Positions 1 through 9,753 of a stretch of DNA of 64,000 bases are shown here, piece after piece. The DNA is from Ilumatobacteraceae bacterium (GTDB lineage: Bacteria; Actinomycetota; Acidimicrobiia; Acidimicrobiales; Ilumatobacteraceae): positions 5,422-69,421 of the forward strand of contig JBBKWQ010000396.1 in NCBI GenBank assembly GCA_037969115.1, in the 5' to 3' direction. The notes beneath the pieces were generated by a model that made no database searches, had not been told where the DNA came from, and worked only from the letters and a program-made list of their open reading frames with translations. How positions within the stretch are numbered: the first letter of the stretch is position 1; each line of letters opens with the position of its first letter. A program made the translations under genes and the position numbers.

Positions 1-830
1 TTCATCCGGAAGTCGAGTGGCGTGCCGGCCAGGATCACGAGGTCGGCCTGACCGAGGGCGTCCTTCCTGCTGCGGTTGAAGAACTGCGGATGGTTCATCG
101 GGAGTTGCCCGCGAGCCATGCCGTTGGTGAACACGGGAATCTTCGTGGCTTCGGCGAACCGGCGAAGCGCCGGGCCGCCTTCCGACCATTTCAGGGCCGT
201 GCCCGCCATCACCATCGGCCGCACGGCCGAGCGGATCGCGCCCGCTGCCTCCTCGACCTGAGCGCGTGAGGCGGTCGCTCCGACGCGGTAGTCGCGGAAT
301 CTCGGCAGCTCGATCGAGTCGACATCGATCGGCGCATGCAAGACGTCCATCGGAATCTCGAGGAACGCCGGGCCGGGAACACCCGACATCGCATGTCGTA
401 CCGCCAGCTCGATGTACTCACCGATCCGAGCGGTCTCGTAGCACGAGTCGGCGAACTTGGTGATCGGCCTCATCACCGACACGTGGTCCATCTCCTGCAA
501 CGATCCGCGTCGAAGATTGTTGAACGGTCCCTGCCCGCCGATCACGAGGATCGGCGAGTTGGCACGCCACGCATTGGCGACACCGGTGACACCGTCGGTC
601 ACGCCCGGTCCGGCCGTGAGAATCGCCACACCGACGCGCCCCGGGTTCAGCCGGGCCCACGCATCGGCAGCGTGGGTTGCGGCCTGCTCGTGTCGGACGT
701 CGACGACCGCGATGCCTTCGTCGATGCAACCGTCGTAGATCGCCATCACGTGCCCGCCGGAGAGCGTGAACACACACTCGACCCCGGCTGCCTTCAGGGC
801 CTTCGCCGCAAGCCGTCCGCCATGACTCAT
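1..830 (-). CDS. Thiamine-diphosphate-dependent enzyme, acetolactate-synthase large-subunit family (C-terminal part lies outside the window)
   Basis: Absent from the ORF track because it is open at the window edge. Minus-strand translation from the ATG at 830 reads MSHGGRLAAKALKAAGVECVFTLSGGHVMAIYDGCIDEGIAVVDVRHEQAATHAADAWARLNPGRVGVAILTAGPGVTDGVTGVANAW... This is the classic N-terminal domain pattern of ThDP enzymes, and it continues in frame to position 1. Confidence 0.85.
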   Translation of the reverse strand, partial: MSHGGRLAAKALKAAGVECVFTLSGGHVMAIYDGCIDEGIAVVDVRHEQAATHAADAWARLNPGRVGVAILTAGPGVTDGVTGVANAWRANSPILVIGGQGPFNNLRRGSLQEMDHVSVMRPITKFADSCYETARIGEYIELAVRHAMSGVPGPAFLEIPMDVLHAPIDVDSIELPRFRDYRVGATASRAQVEEAAGAIRSAVRPMVMAGTALKWSEGGPALRRFAEATKIPVFTNGMARGQLPMNHPQFFNRSRKDALGQADLVILAGTPLDFRM

Positions 831-882
831 GCCCGACCCCCTTCATCGCGACCGACTGCCGATCACGCGTTCACCGGACAAC

Positions 883-2208
883 CTATGTTCGGGCGGCGTC
901 GGGCCTCAACTCGGCAGCGCCGAACACATGTCTCGTGCGACGGTCGTTGACAACGGCACGGATGATCATCCAAACGAGCAGTCCGCCCCAGATTCCGGCG
1001 AGGCCGAGATCGGGAACGAGGAGCGTGACAACTGCGATCGGGATCACTGCAAGCAGGTACCCGAGCGATGCTCGCCCGAGGAACTGATAGTCGCCGGCAC
1101 CGATGAGGATGCCGTCGTGCGCGAATGCGATTGCACCCGGCAGCATCATGGCGGCCAACATGAGCAGCCCGATGGTTGCGCGCTCGGCGACCGCGGGGTC
1201 ACTGGTGAACGCGCTCGGAATGACCGGGGACAGGATCGCGAGGAGCCCGCCGATGACGAAGGCCGCGATGATCGACAGCCGGACGGCGCGACCGGCGATG
1301 TGCGCCGCACTCGGCACATCGCTCCTCCCGAGTTCCTCGGCCACCAACGTCTGCGCCGGCACGGCCAGCGCGTCGAGCGTCAGCGCGAGGAGCAGGAACA
1401 AACTCATCACTACCTGATGTGCGGCGAGCGTGACGGCGTCGATGCGAGCGGCAACGGCGGTCGCTCCTCCGAACACCACGAGCATCGAACCGACACGGAG
1501 CAGAAGGTGGCGACCGGCCGTGACCAGTGGACCGAGACCGACGCGATCGGGTCGTTTGACCGTGGCAGGAACGAGTCGCCTACGAATCAGGAACACGAAC
1601 GCGATCGCAGCGCCGATCTGGCTGACGACCGTCGACCAGGCCGACCCGGCGACGCCCATGTCGAGCCCGAACACCATCACGAGCTCGATCACGAGGTTCG
1701 CGACGTTGGCAACGACCAGAACGATCAACGGCGTCGTGTAGTCGGACATGCCCCGGAGCACGCCCTGTGCAGCGAGGGTGAGGAGAACGAACGGGACGCC
1801 GACCGCGCTGATGCCGAGGTAGAGAGCGGCATGGTCGAGTACCTCTCCGCCGCCTCCGAGCGCACCTGCGAGGTATCGGGCGCTGAATATCAGGAGCGGA
1901 GTTGCGGGAATGCCGATGATCAGCGACAGCCACAGTGCCTGCACGCCGACGTTCGCCGCACCTGCCGGGTCGCCGGAGCCGATCAACTTTGCCACGCGTT
2001 GCGTCGTGCCGTACGTGAGGAAGTTCGACCCGGCGATCACGAACGACAAGACGGTGGCAGCCAGCGCCAGCCCGGCGAGTTGGTCGGTGCCGAGCCGTCC
2101 GACGATGGCCGTGTCGACCAGGACGTAGAGAGGCTCGACGGCGAGCGAACCGAGCGCCGGCAACGCCAGGGCGATGATCCGGCGATCGACCGAGCCGAAT
2201 CCGTTCAA
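883..2208 (-). CDS. MATE-family efflux transporter (DinF-like)
   Basis: 441-aa polytopic ORF. The N-terminus DRRIIALALPALGSLAVEPLYVLVDTAIVGRLGT is typical of MATE proteins. The TTG start overlaps the trpS stop by 4 nt. Confidence 0.85.
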   Translation of the reverse strand: MNGFGSVDRRIIALALPALGSLAVEPLYVLVDTAIVGRLGTDQLAGLALAATVLSFVIAGSNFLTYGTTQRVAKLIGSGDPAGAANVGVQALWLSLIIGIPATPLLIFSARYLAGALGGGGEVLDHAALYLGISAVGVPFVLLTLAAQGVLRGMSDYTTPLIVLVVANVANLVIELVMVFGLDMGVAGSAWSTVVSQIGAAIAFVFLIRRRLVPATVKRPDRVGLGPLVTAGRHLLLRVGSMLVVFGGATAVAARIDAVTLAAHQVVMSLFLLLALTLDALAVPAQTLVAEELGRSDVPSAAHIAGRAVRLSIIAAFVIGGLLAILSPVIPSAFTSDPAVAERATIGLLMLAAMMLPGAIAFAHDGILIGAGDYQFLGRASLGYLLAVIPIAVVTLLVPDLGLAGIWGGLLVWMIIRAVVNDRRTRHVFGAAELRPDAART

Positions 2209-3191
2209 GCGGGGAGCATCCCGACGGCGTTCTGCGCCCGGTCGAGGGTGACCGACGAAACAGCGCGGGCGCGACCTGCACCGTGTCGGAGCAGGCGTGC
2301 GAGTTCACCTTGATCGGCCATGAGTTCGTGGTAGCGAGCCTGTACCGGCTCGAGGAGTGCGACGACTGCTTCGCCCGCGTCGGCCTTGAGTGGGCCGTAC
2401 TGGGTGTAGTCGGCAGCAACGTCGACCGGATGACGACCGGTGGCGGCAGCGAGGACGTCGAGCAGACCGCTCACGCCCGGTTTTGCCGCGATGTCGTAGC
2501 GGACCTCCGAATCGGAGTCGGTGACCGCCCGTTTGAACTTTCGCATGATGGTCTTCGGTTCGTCGGTGAGGTAGATGCACCCGGCGTCGCCAGTGCTCGA
2601 CTTCGACATTTTCGACGTCGGGTCTTGGAGATCCATCACCCGAGCGCCGGCCGGAGGAGTGACGGCCTCGGGAATCACGAACGTGTCGCCGAATCGATGG
2701 TTGAACCGGATCGCGATGTCGCGCGTGATCTCGATGTGTTGCCGCTGATCGTCGCCGACCGGCACCTCGTTTGCGTCGTACAACAAGATGTCGGCAGCCT
2801 GCAACGCCGGATACGTGAACAGCCCGGCAGAGATGAACTGACCTTCCCGTTTGGCGGACTTGTCCTTGTACTGCACCATCCGGCTCAGCTCGCCGAACGA
2901 CACGGTGCACTCCATCATCCACGCCAGCTGGCTGTGTTCGGGTACGTGACTCTGCACGAACACGGTGGCGACGTCGGGATCGAGCCCGACGGCGAAGAAC
3001 ATCGCCGCCAGCCGCAGGGTCTCGTCTCCCAACACACCCGGCTCCTCGGTGACGGTGAGCGCGTGCAGGTCGACGATGCCGTGGAAGACGTCCTTTTCGT
3101 GCTGGCCCAGCGCCCAGTGCCGCAGCGCGCCCAGGTAGTTGCCCAGGTGAACAGCACCGGTCGGTTGCATGCAGGACAGAACGCGAGTCAC
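2205..3191 (-). CDS. trpS: Tryptophan--tRNA ligase
   Basis: 328 aa. Class I signature QPTGAVHLGNYLG (HIGH-type) and an exact KMSKS motif. The overall length fits TrpRS. Confidence 0.95.
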   Translation of the reverse strand: MTRVLSCMQPTGAVHLGNYLGALRHWALGQHEKDVFHGIVDLHALTVTEEPGVLGDETLRLAAMFFAVGLDPDVATVFVQSHVPEHSQLAWMMECTVSFGELSRMVQYKDKSAKREGQFISAGLFTYPALQAADILLYDANEVPVGDDQRQHIEITRDIAIRFNHRFGDTFVIPEAVTPPAGARVMDLQDPTSKMSKSSTGDAGCIYLTDEPKTIMRKFKRAVTDSDSEVRYDIAAKPGVSGLLDVLAAATGRHPVDVAADYTQYGPLKADAGEAVVALLEPVQARYHELMADQGELARLLRHGAGRARAVSSVTLDRAQNAVGMLPA

Positions 3192-3238
3192 GGTGCGTGA
3201 GGATATCCGTGTCGACGTGTGAGGGCGCGGTGGATTGC

Positions 3239-4012
3239 TCAGCGGATGAAGACGGGCTGGTCCGGCTCGGATCGCCCGGCGTCGTACACATAACCCATCT
3301 CGGTGAATCGGGCGAGCGGGCGGACCGACGTGATCCGCTCACGGATGAGCCACCGGGCCATGGCTCCGCGTGCTCGCTTCGCGAAGAAGCCGACCGTTCG
3401 GTACTGGCCGTCCCCGTCGTGGTCGACGAACGTCGGCGTGATGATCCTGCCGTCGAGGCCCTCGGGACGGACGGCTCCGAAGTACTCCTTCGACGCCAGG
3501 TTCACCACGACATCCGGCCCGGGGCTCGCTCGCAGGTCGTCGTTGAGTTGATCGGTGATGTCGTCTCCCCAGAACGAGTAGAGGTCTGGACCGGACGAGT
3601 TCGCCAATCGGGTGCCCATCTCGAGGCGGTACGGCTGGATCAGATCGAGCGGACGCAGGACGCCATGCAGTCCCGACAAGATTCTCAGGGTCTTCTGGGC
3701 GTGGGTGTAGTCGCGCTCGCCGAAACTGGCCGGCGCATCGAGTCCGACGTACGTGTCGCCGTTGAAGGCGAGAATGGCGGCGCGAGCGTTCGTCGGGGTG
3801 AACGGCGCGTCCCAACCGAGGTACCGCTCGAAGTTGAGTTCGGCGAGTGCAGGCGAGATCGACATGAGTTCAGCGACCTCATCGACCGACTTGGTGCGCA
3901 TCAGTTCGATCAGATCGGCGGATCGTTCGAGCATCCGGGGTTCCGAGAACTTCTTGGTGGCCGGCTTCGACTCGAAATCGAGCGCCTTGGCGGGCGATAC
4001 GACGATCAACAC
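3239..4012 (-). CDS. yaaA: YaaA/UPF0246 family peroxide-stress protein
   Basis: N-terminus (V)LIVVSPAKALDFESKP... and the 257-aa length match the YaaA family. The start is GTG 4012 or TTG 4009. Confidence 0.85.
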   Translation of the reverse strand: MLIVVSPAKALDFESKPATKKFSEPRMLERSADLIELMRTKSVDEVAELMSISPALAELNFERYLGWDAPFTPTNARAAILAFNGDTYVGLDAPASFGERDYTHAQKTLRILSGLHGVLRPLDLIQPYRLEMGTRLANSSGPDLYSFWGDDITDQLNDDLRASPGPDVVVNLASKEYFGAVRPEGLDGRIITPTFVDHDGDGQYRTVGFFAKRARGAMARWLIRERITSVRPLARFTEMGYVYDAGRSEPDQPVFIR

Positions 4013-4121
4013 CCTGCCCTGTCTAGCCCAGATCGGCCGCGATGGCTCCTTGTGAGCGGAAAGTCATCCGCGAGCGACCCGCCGGAAAGACCCGTCGGAG
4101 ACAGGCCGGGTCGGTAGCCTC

Positions 4122-4907
4122 GTGGTGGTCATGTCGGTCGAAGTCGCCACCCCCATCTACGAAGGCCCGTTCGATCTGCTCTTGCAGCTGATCCTCAAGG
4201 AACAGGTCGACATCTACGAGATCGATCTGTCGACCATCGTCGACGCATACCTCGTCGAGCTCGAGCGTCTGCAAACGCTCGACCTCGATGTTGCCACGGA
4301 GTTCCTGTTGATCGCGGCGACGTTGGTCGAGCTCAAGACGCGCCGTTTGTTGCCCGGCTCCGGCGACATGGATCTCGACGAGGAGTTCGCTCTGTGGGAA
4401 GAGCGCGACCTGTTGCTCGCACGGTTGCTCGAGTGCAAGACGTTCAAGGACGTGGCACTGGTTTTCAACAAGTTGGCCGACGACGCGGACCGTTCGTTCG
4501 CACGTCAGGTGGGACCAGACGACAGGTTCGTGTCACTGATGCCGGACCTGCTCGAGGGTACGAGCGTGCGCAGGTTGCAGAGTGCGGCGATTCGGGCGCT
4601 CACGCCGAAGCCCGAGCCGTTCGTCGATCTGTTCCACATGAACCCGATCCGGATCACGGTTGCGGACGCCGTCGCCGAGCTCGTCAACGAGCTCCCTGGG
4701 CTGGGCCGCGTGACGTTCCGTGAACTCGCCGACGGGCTCGACGACCGGATCGAGGTCATCGTCCGATTCCTGGCAGTGCTCGAACTCTTCAAGCAGGGAT
4801 ACGTCGAACTCGATCAAACCGAGCGATTCGGCGATATCGATGTGACCTGGACTCCCAGCGGCGACGTGTCGGTCGACGACATTCTCATCGACGCATACGA
4901 GGGCTGA
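4122..4907 (+). CDS. scpA: Segregation and condensation protein A (kleisin)
   Basis: YEGPFDLLLQLILKEQVDIYEIDLSTIVDAYL is the ScpA N-terminal signature. It is followed 2 nt later by scpB. Confidence 0.85.
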   Translation: MVVMSVEVATPIYEGPFDLLLQLILKEQVDIYEIDLSTIVDAYLVELERLQTLDLDVATEFLLIAATLVELKTRRLLPGSGDMDLDEEFALWEERDLLLARLLECKTFKDVALVFNKLADDADRSFARQVGPDDRFVSLMPDLLEGTSVRRLQSAAIRALTPKPEPFVDLFHMNPIRITVADAVAELVNELPGLGRVTFRELADGLDDRIEVIVRFLAVLELFKQGYVELDQTERFGDIDVTWTPSGDVSVDDILIDAYEG

Positions 4908-4909
4908 CG

Positions 4910-5662
4910 GTGTCTGGCGAGATCCCGCCGATCGGAGATCAGGCGGCCGACTTCAAGCGTGCCATCGAGGCCATCGTGCTGGTCACCCACGATCCGGTGA
5001 GTGCCGAGATCATGGCGCAACTGCTCGAACAGCCTGTTGCACTCATCGAGCAGTGGTGCGAGGACCTCAGCACCGAGTATGCCGAACAGCAGCGTGGTTT
5101 CGAACTGGTGCGCGTGGCCGGCGGGTACCGGTTCCAGACGCCCGCCGATCTCGGCCCGTACGTCGAGCGCTACCTGTTGCACGATCAACGAGCACGCCTG
5201 TCGGGTGCTGCGCTGGAAACACTCGCCATCATCGCCTACAAGCAACCGATCTCGCGGGCGCAGGTGGCCTCGATCCGCGGTGTCGACCCGGACACGGTGA
5301 TCCGCACGCTCGTGGCGCGCGGCTATATCGACGAGATCGGCCGCGACGACGGTCCTGGTCAAGCCGTGTTGTTCGGTACCACGTCGAGCTTCCTGGAGAA
5401 GCTCGGACTCGACTCGGTCGACGACCTGCCACCGATCGCCGAGTTCATTCCGAGCGCGGATGTGGTCGAACTGCTCGAGCACGGGCTGCGTCCTGCAACG
5501 GCCAGTTCTGACATGTCCGACATCGAGGCCGAGGCGCGGGCCGATGCGGAAGACTCGGCGTTTTCGGCGGTGCCTCCGGAACACGATCCATCCCGTCCGC
5601 CAGACGGCGCCGTCCATCCCGAGACGGGGCACGAAGCCGATGTCCGACCCGACGAGTCCTGA
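4910..5662 (+). CDS. scpB: Segregation and condensation protein B
   Basis: IEAIVLVTHDPVSAEIMAQLL...GFELVRVAGGYRFQT...LSGAALETLAIIAYKQPISRAQVASIRGV is the ScpB winged-helix pattern. It has an acidic C-terminal tail. Confidence 0.85.
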   Translation: MSGEIPPIGDQAADFKRAIEAIVLVTHDPVSAEIMAQLLEQPVALIEQWCEDLSTEYAEQQRGFELVRVAGGYRFQTPADLGPYVERYLLHDQRARLSGAALETLAIIAYKQPISRAQVASIRGVDPDTVIRTLVARGYIDEIGRDDGPGQAVLFGTTSSFLEKLGLDSVDDLPPIAEFIPSADVVELLEHGLRPATASSDMSDIEAEARADAEDSAFSAVPPEHDPSRPPDGAVHPETGHEADVRPDES

Positions 5663-6473
5663 TCGCCAGGCACCCGAGCCACCGCTCTGGGAGCAACGCC
5701 GTGCTGCATCGTCCGAGTTGCATCAGGGCATCCGCCTGCAGAAGGTGCTGGCGTCGGTGGGATGGGGGAGCCGTCGAGTGTCGGAGGACCTCATTGCGGC
5801 CGGCCGTGTCACGGTGAACGGCGAGGTGGCCGTGCTGGGTCGACGCGTCGATCCCGAGATCGACCTCATCGAAGTCGACGGCGCACCGGTCGGCGTGCGT
5901 CCGGGTCTCGTCTATTACCTGCTCAACAAGCCGGCCGGGGTGGTCACGACCGCCAAGGACACTCATGGTCGACGAACGGTGCTCGACCTCGTACCCGATG
6001 AACCACGAGTGTTTTCCGTCGGTCGTCTCGATGTGGAGACCGAGGGGCTCCTGCTGCTCACCAACGATGGCGACCTGGCCAACCGGATCGCCCACCCGAG
6101 TCATGGTGTCGACAAGGAGTACCTCGTGGAAGTCGACGGCGGCTCGCTGTCGCCCGGTGCTCTGCGGAACCTGCGCGACGGGGTCGAGTTGGACGACGGC
6201 ATCACCTCGCCGGCGGTGGTGTCGCAACCGTCGCCGGGCGTGCTCCGGATAGCGATCCACGAAGGTCGCAATCGCCAGGTGCGGCGAATGTGCGACGCGG
6301 TCGGTCATCCGGTGAAGCGCCTCGTGCGAACGCGCATCGGACCGTTGAGCGATCGCTCGTTGCGGCCGGGCACGTGGCGCCAGCTCAGCCTGCCCGAGCT
6401 GAAAGCCATCACCGAAGCCGTTGCAAACCCCGAACCGCGGGTTGCGGGCTCCGGTTACGATCCATCCACGTGA
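5640..6473 (+). CDS. rluB: 23S rRNA pseudouridine synthase, RluB/RsuA family
   Basis: S4 domain (IRLQKVLASVGWGSRRVSEDLIAAGRVTVNG) plus catalytic motif VGRLDVETEGLLLLTNDG. I prefer ATG 5640 to the ORF-track start at 5460, which would overlap scpB by 200 nt. Confidence 0.85.
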   Translation: MSDPTSPDRQAPEPPLWEQRRAASSELHQGIRLQKVLASVGWGSRRVSEDLIAAGRVTVNGEVAVLGRRVDPEIDLIEVDGAPVGVRPGLVYYLLNKPAGVVTTAKDTHGRRTVLDLVPDEPRVFSVGRLDVETEGLLLLTNDGDLANRIAHPSHGVDKEYLVEVDGGSLSPGALRNLRDGVELDDGITSPAVVSQPSPGVLRIAIHEGRNRQVRRMCDAVGHPVKRLVRTRIGPLSDRSLRPGTWRQLSLPELKAITEAVANPEPRVAGSGYDPST

Positions 6474-7531
6474 AGCAGCCACGCGCCAACGTCATCGGCC
6501 TCGGCCTGATCGGTGGGTCGATCGCACTGGCGCTGCGGCAGCGCAACTGGTTCGTGAGTGGCGACGATGTGAACTCGAACGCCTCGGATCAGGCACTGAG
6601 CGGTGGGATCATCGATTCCATCGGGCTCGACACCGACGCCGCGATCACTTTCGTCGCCGTTCCCGTCATGGCAGTGGCCGATCAGGTCAAGCGAGCGTTG
6701 AACGAAACGAACGGAACAGTCACCGACGTCGGCTCCGTCAAGACACAGGTCTGCGTCGCCTGCGACGATCCACGCTTCGTCGGTGGCCATCCCATGGCGG
6801 GCAGCGAGCTCGACGGGCTCGACGGCGCAGATGGCGACATGTTCAACGGGGCGGTGTGGGTGTTGACGCCCGTCGCGCACAGCGACGACGCCACCTTCGC
6901 GAATGTGACGGCCGTGGTGCGCTCACTCGGTGCCGAGGTGGTTGCGCTCGCTCCGGAACGTCATGACGAAGTCGTCGCGGTGGTCAGCCACGTTCCTCAC
7001 CTCGCGGCTGCGACGCTGATGCACCTCGCCGTCGAGCGCTCGTCCGAACATGCGGCTCTGCTTCGTCTCGCTGCAGGCGGGTTTCGCGACATGACACGAA
7101 TCGCCAGTGGACACCCCGACATCTGGCTCGACATCTGCTCGGAGAACCGCACAGCCATCCTCTCGGCTCTCGACGGTCTGATCGGGAGCCTGACCGACGT
7201 GCGCGAGGTGATCGACGCCGATGACCGCTCGGCACTGCACGACCGTCTCCACGCTGCCCGCGACGCCCGTACCAACCTGCCGGGCCGCGTCGCCCATCCC
7301 GAACTGGTCGCAGAGGTCCGGATCCCGATTCCCGACCGTCCCGGTTCGGCCGCAGAGGTGTTCACACTCGCCGCCGAACTCGGGGTCAACATCGCCAACT
7401 TCGAAGTCGTCCACGTGGCCGAGAGCAATCGTGGTGTCGCGGTCGTGCTCATCGACGCGTCGAACTCCGACGTCTTCCGTGGCGGACTGATCGCCCGCGG
7501 CTTCAAACCAGCGGTCACACCGCTCGTGTGA
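6470..7531 (+). CDS. tyrA: Prephenate dehydrogenase with C-terminal ACT-like domain
   Basis: Rossmann motif VIGLGLIGGSIALAL and the catalytic region FVGGHPMAGSE. GTG 6470 forms a GTGA overlap with the rluB stop. The ORF-track N-extension (from 6290) is Arg-rich and overlaps rluB. Confidence 0.8.
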   Translation: MKQPRANVIGLGLIGGSIALALRQRNWFVSGDDVNSNASDQALSGGIIDSIGLDTDAAITFVAVPVMAVADQVKRALNETNGTVTDVGSVKTQVCVACDDPRFVGGHPMAGSELDGLDGADGDMFNGAVWVLTPVAHSDDATFANVTAVVRSLGAEVVALAPERHDEVVAVVSHVPHLAAATLMHLAVERSSEHAALLRLAAGGFRDMTRIASGHPDIWLDICSENRTAILSALDGLIGSLTDVREVIDADDRSALHDRLHAARDARTNLPGRVAHPELVAEVRIPIPDRPGSAAEVFTLAAELGVNIANFEVVHVAESNRGVAVVLIDASNSDVFRGGLIARGFKPAVTPLV

Positions 7532-7535
7532 GTGC

Positions 7536-8840
7536 GTGATGACCATGGCCACGTATCGGGTTCCGGTTGCTCGTCGGCCCGTGCACGCGACCGTGTCGGT
7601 TCCCGGGTCGAAGAGCCTGGCCAATCGGGCGTTCGTCTGTGCGGCGCTCGCCGACGGGGTCTCCTCCATCACGAGGGTGGCGCCCGGCGACGACACGCTC
7701 GCCATGGTCGACTGTCTACGCGTGCTGGGCGTCGGTCTGGAACTCGAGAATGATGCGCAGGCAAGCGTGACCGGTACCGGCGGAGCCTTCCACGCGGAGG
7801 GTGCTCGCCTACACGCCCGGTTGGCGGGCACGACATCTCGGTTCGCTACCGCGCTCGCTGCGCTCGGCGACGGCCCGATCACGATCGACGGAGCACCCCC
7901 GTTGCGGAGTCGTCCGATCGGCCCGCTCCTCGAAGCACTCGAAACACTGGGCGTCGTGGCGGACGCCGTCGATGGCGCCGGGCACCTCCCCGTCGAAGTC
8001 ACCGGACCGCCGACATCCGGATCCGTGTCGATTCGCGGCGACGTATCGAGCCAATACGTCACCGCACTGATGTTGATCGGCCCGTATCTCCCGGGTGGAC
8101 TCGACCTCACGCTCACCACCCCGCTGGTTTCGCGACCCTACGTCGAGATCACCGCCGCCGTCATGGCTTCGTTCGGCGTGCACGAGGTCGACGTCGGCGA
8201 GGGTCGGATCGTGGTGGCGCCGGGCCGTTATACCTCGTGTCAGTACGCGATCGAGCCCGACGCGTCGTCGGCGAGCTATGCGCTCGCGCTGGTTGCAGTC
8301 GTGGGTGGCGAGGTGACCGTCGAGGGCCTCGGCGATCGGTCGCTGCAAGGTGATGCTCGATTCGTCGACGTGATGGAGTCGATGGGTTGCCAAGCATCGT
8401 CGACGCACACATCGGTCATGGTGCGCCGCGACCCGCGAACACCGCTGACCGGAGTCGACATCGACATGGCCGACATCTCCGACCTCGTGCCGACCGTGGC
8501 GGCTGTGGCCGTTCTCGCCAACAGCCCCACGACGATTCGTGGCGTCAGCTTCATTCGTGGCAAGGAGAGCGATCGGCTCGGCGATCTGTCGCGTGAGTTG
8601 TGCCGCACGGGAGCCCGGGTCACCGAGACCGTCGACGGGCTGTACATCGAGCCCGCCGGACGCCGGCTGACCGGTGGTGTGCTCGAGACGCATCATGATC
8701 ATCGCCTCGCCATGGCGTTCGGTGTTCTGGGCACCGCCGTCGAAGGCATCGTCGTCGTCGACCCAGGAGTGGTGTCGAAGAGTTGGCCGAACTTCTGGGA
8801 GGCCCTCGACGAGATCGTTCGAGAGGAGCTGGCGACATGA
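7536..8840 (+). CDS. aroA: 3-phosphoshikimate 1-carboxyvinyltransferase (EPSP synthase)
   Basis: 434 aa. VPGSKSLANRAFVCAAL..., GDVSSQYVTALML and FIRGKESDRL are EPSP synthase motifs. Confidence 0.95.
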   Translation: MMTMATYRVPVARRPVHATVSVPGSKSLANRAFVCAALADGVSSITRVAPGDDTLAMVDCLRVLGVGLELENDAQASVTGTGGAFHAEGARLHARLAGTTSRFATALAALGDGPITIDGAPPLRSRPIGPLLEALETLGVVADAVDGAGHLPVEVTGPPTSGSVSIRGDVSSQYVTALMLIGPYLPGGLDLTLTTPLVSRPYVEITAAVMASFGVHEVDVGEGRIVVAPGRYTSCQYAIEPDASSASYALALVAVVGGEVTVEGLGDRSLQGDARFVDVMESMGCQASSTHTSVMVRRDPRTPLTGVDIDMADISDLVPTVAAVAVLANSPTTIRGVSFIRGKESDRLGDLSRELCRTGARVTETVDGLYIEPAGRRLTGGVLETHHDHRLAMAFGVLGTAVEGIVVVDPGVVSKSWPNFWEALDEIVREELAT

Positions 8841-9598
8841 AGGCGGTCTTCTCGCTCGAAGGTCGAGTCGCGTTGGTGACCGGGTCGGGCCGGGGCCTCG
8901 GACGCGAGATTGCTTTGGCGCTCGCCGGCGCCGGTGCCCACGTCGTCGTGAACGGACGGACGCTCGAGCCGCTCGGTCTGGTCGTGGATGCGATCGAGGC
9001 GTCAGGTGGACGAGCATCCGCAGCAGTCTTCGATGTCACCGACGCCGGCGGCTGCGAGCAGGCGATCGCCGATGTGTCGGTTCGACTCGGCGCGATCGAC
9101 ATCCTCGTGAACAACGTCGGGATCCGTGATCGCAGGGCCGTCGACGAACTCGACCGGGCGGCGATGGCGAACGTCCTCGACGCCAACCTGATCGCGCCGT
9201 TCGACCTTGCGCGCATCGCCAGCAATGCGATGCGTGAACGCGGATTCGGTCGGATCATCAACATCACCTCGATTGCCGGGCCGATCGCACGCGGCGATGT
9301 GGCGTACACCGCATCGAAGGGGGGCCTGGCGGCCCTGACCAGAGCGCTCGCCGCCGAACTCGGCCCGTACGGCATCACCGTGAACGGGGTCGCGCCCGGC
9401 TACTTCGCGACCGAGGCGAATGCGGACATGGTCGCCGACCCCGAGGTCCTGGCCTGGCTGGCCAAGCGCACGTCGCTGGGCCGTTGGGGAGAACCCGGCG
9501 AACTCGCCCCGGCCGTCGTGTTCCTGGCGTCGGATGCAGCGTCGTACGTCACCGGTCACGTGATCGCCGTCGACGGTGGCTACCTCGCCCACTTCTGA
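8837..9598 (+). CDS. SDR-family oxidoreductase (gluconate-5-dehydrogenase-like)
   Basis: [13 protein letters not shown] (TGxxxGxG), NNVG and YTASKGG (YxxxK). ATG 8837 forms an ATGA overlap with the aroA stop. Confidence 0.85.
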   Translation: MKAVFSLEGRVALVTGSGRGLGREIALALAGAGAHVVVNGRTLEPLGLVVDAIEASGGRASAAVFDVTDAGGCEQAIADVSVRLGAIDILVNNVGIRDRRAVDELDRAAMANVLDANLIAPFDLARIASNAMRERGFGRIINITSIAGPIARGDVAYTASKGGLAALTRALAAELGPYGITVNGVAPGYFATEANADMVADPEVLAWLAKRTSLGRWGEPGELAPAVVFLASDAASYVTGHVIAVDGGYLAHF

Positions 9599-9753
9599 CC
9601 CCGAACTTTCGATGCCGGGTGTGGCAGTTGCATTCGCCTGACTGTTTGGTGTTGAATCTGCTGGCGCTGTTCGACGTCCGCCGGCCGAAATCAGCTCGCT
9701 GGAGCGTCGCCGCACCTCCAGGTCGTCATACAGGCACACCGATGGGGAGCGCG

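Noticed and set aside
829-2419. Long ORFs antisense to or out of frame with the MATE gene (829-2313 +, 1580-2419 -)
   Set aside because: Their composition is dominated by R, D, E, G, H and P with no motifs. They are typical shadow ORFs of high-GC DNA opposite a gene with a clear family signature.
9629-9658. Sigma-70-like promoter upstream of potA (TTGCAT-18 nt-TTGAAT)
   Set aside because: The hexamer resemblance is weak and the spacing is suboptimal. Actinobacterial promoters are poorly predicted by eye, so the evidence is not enough to call a feature.
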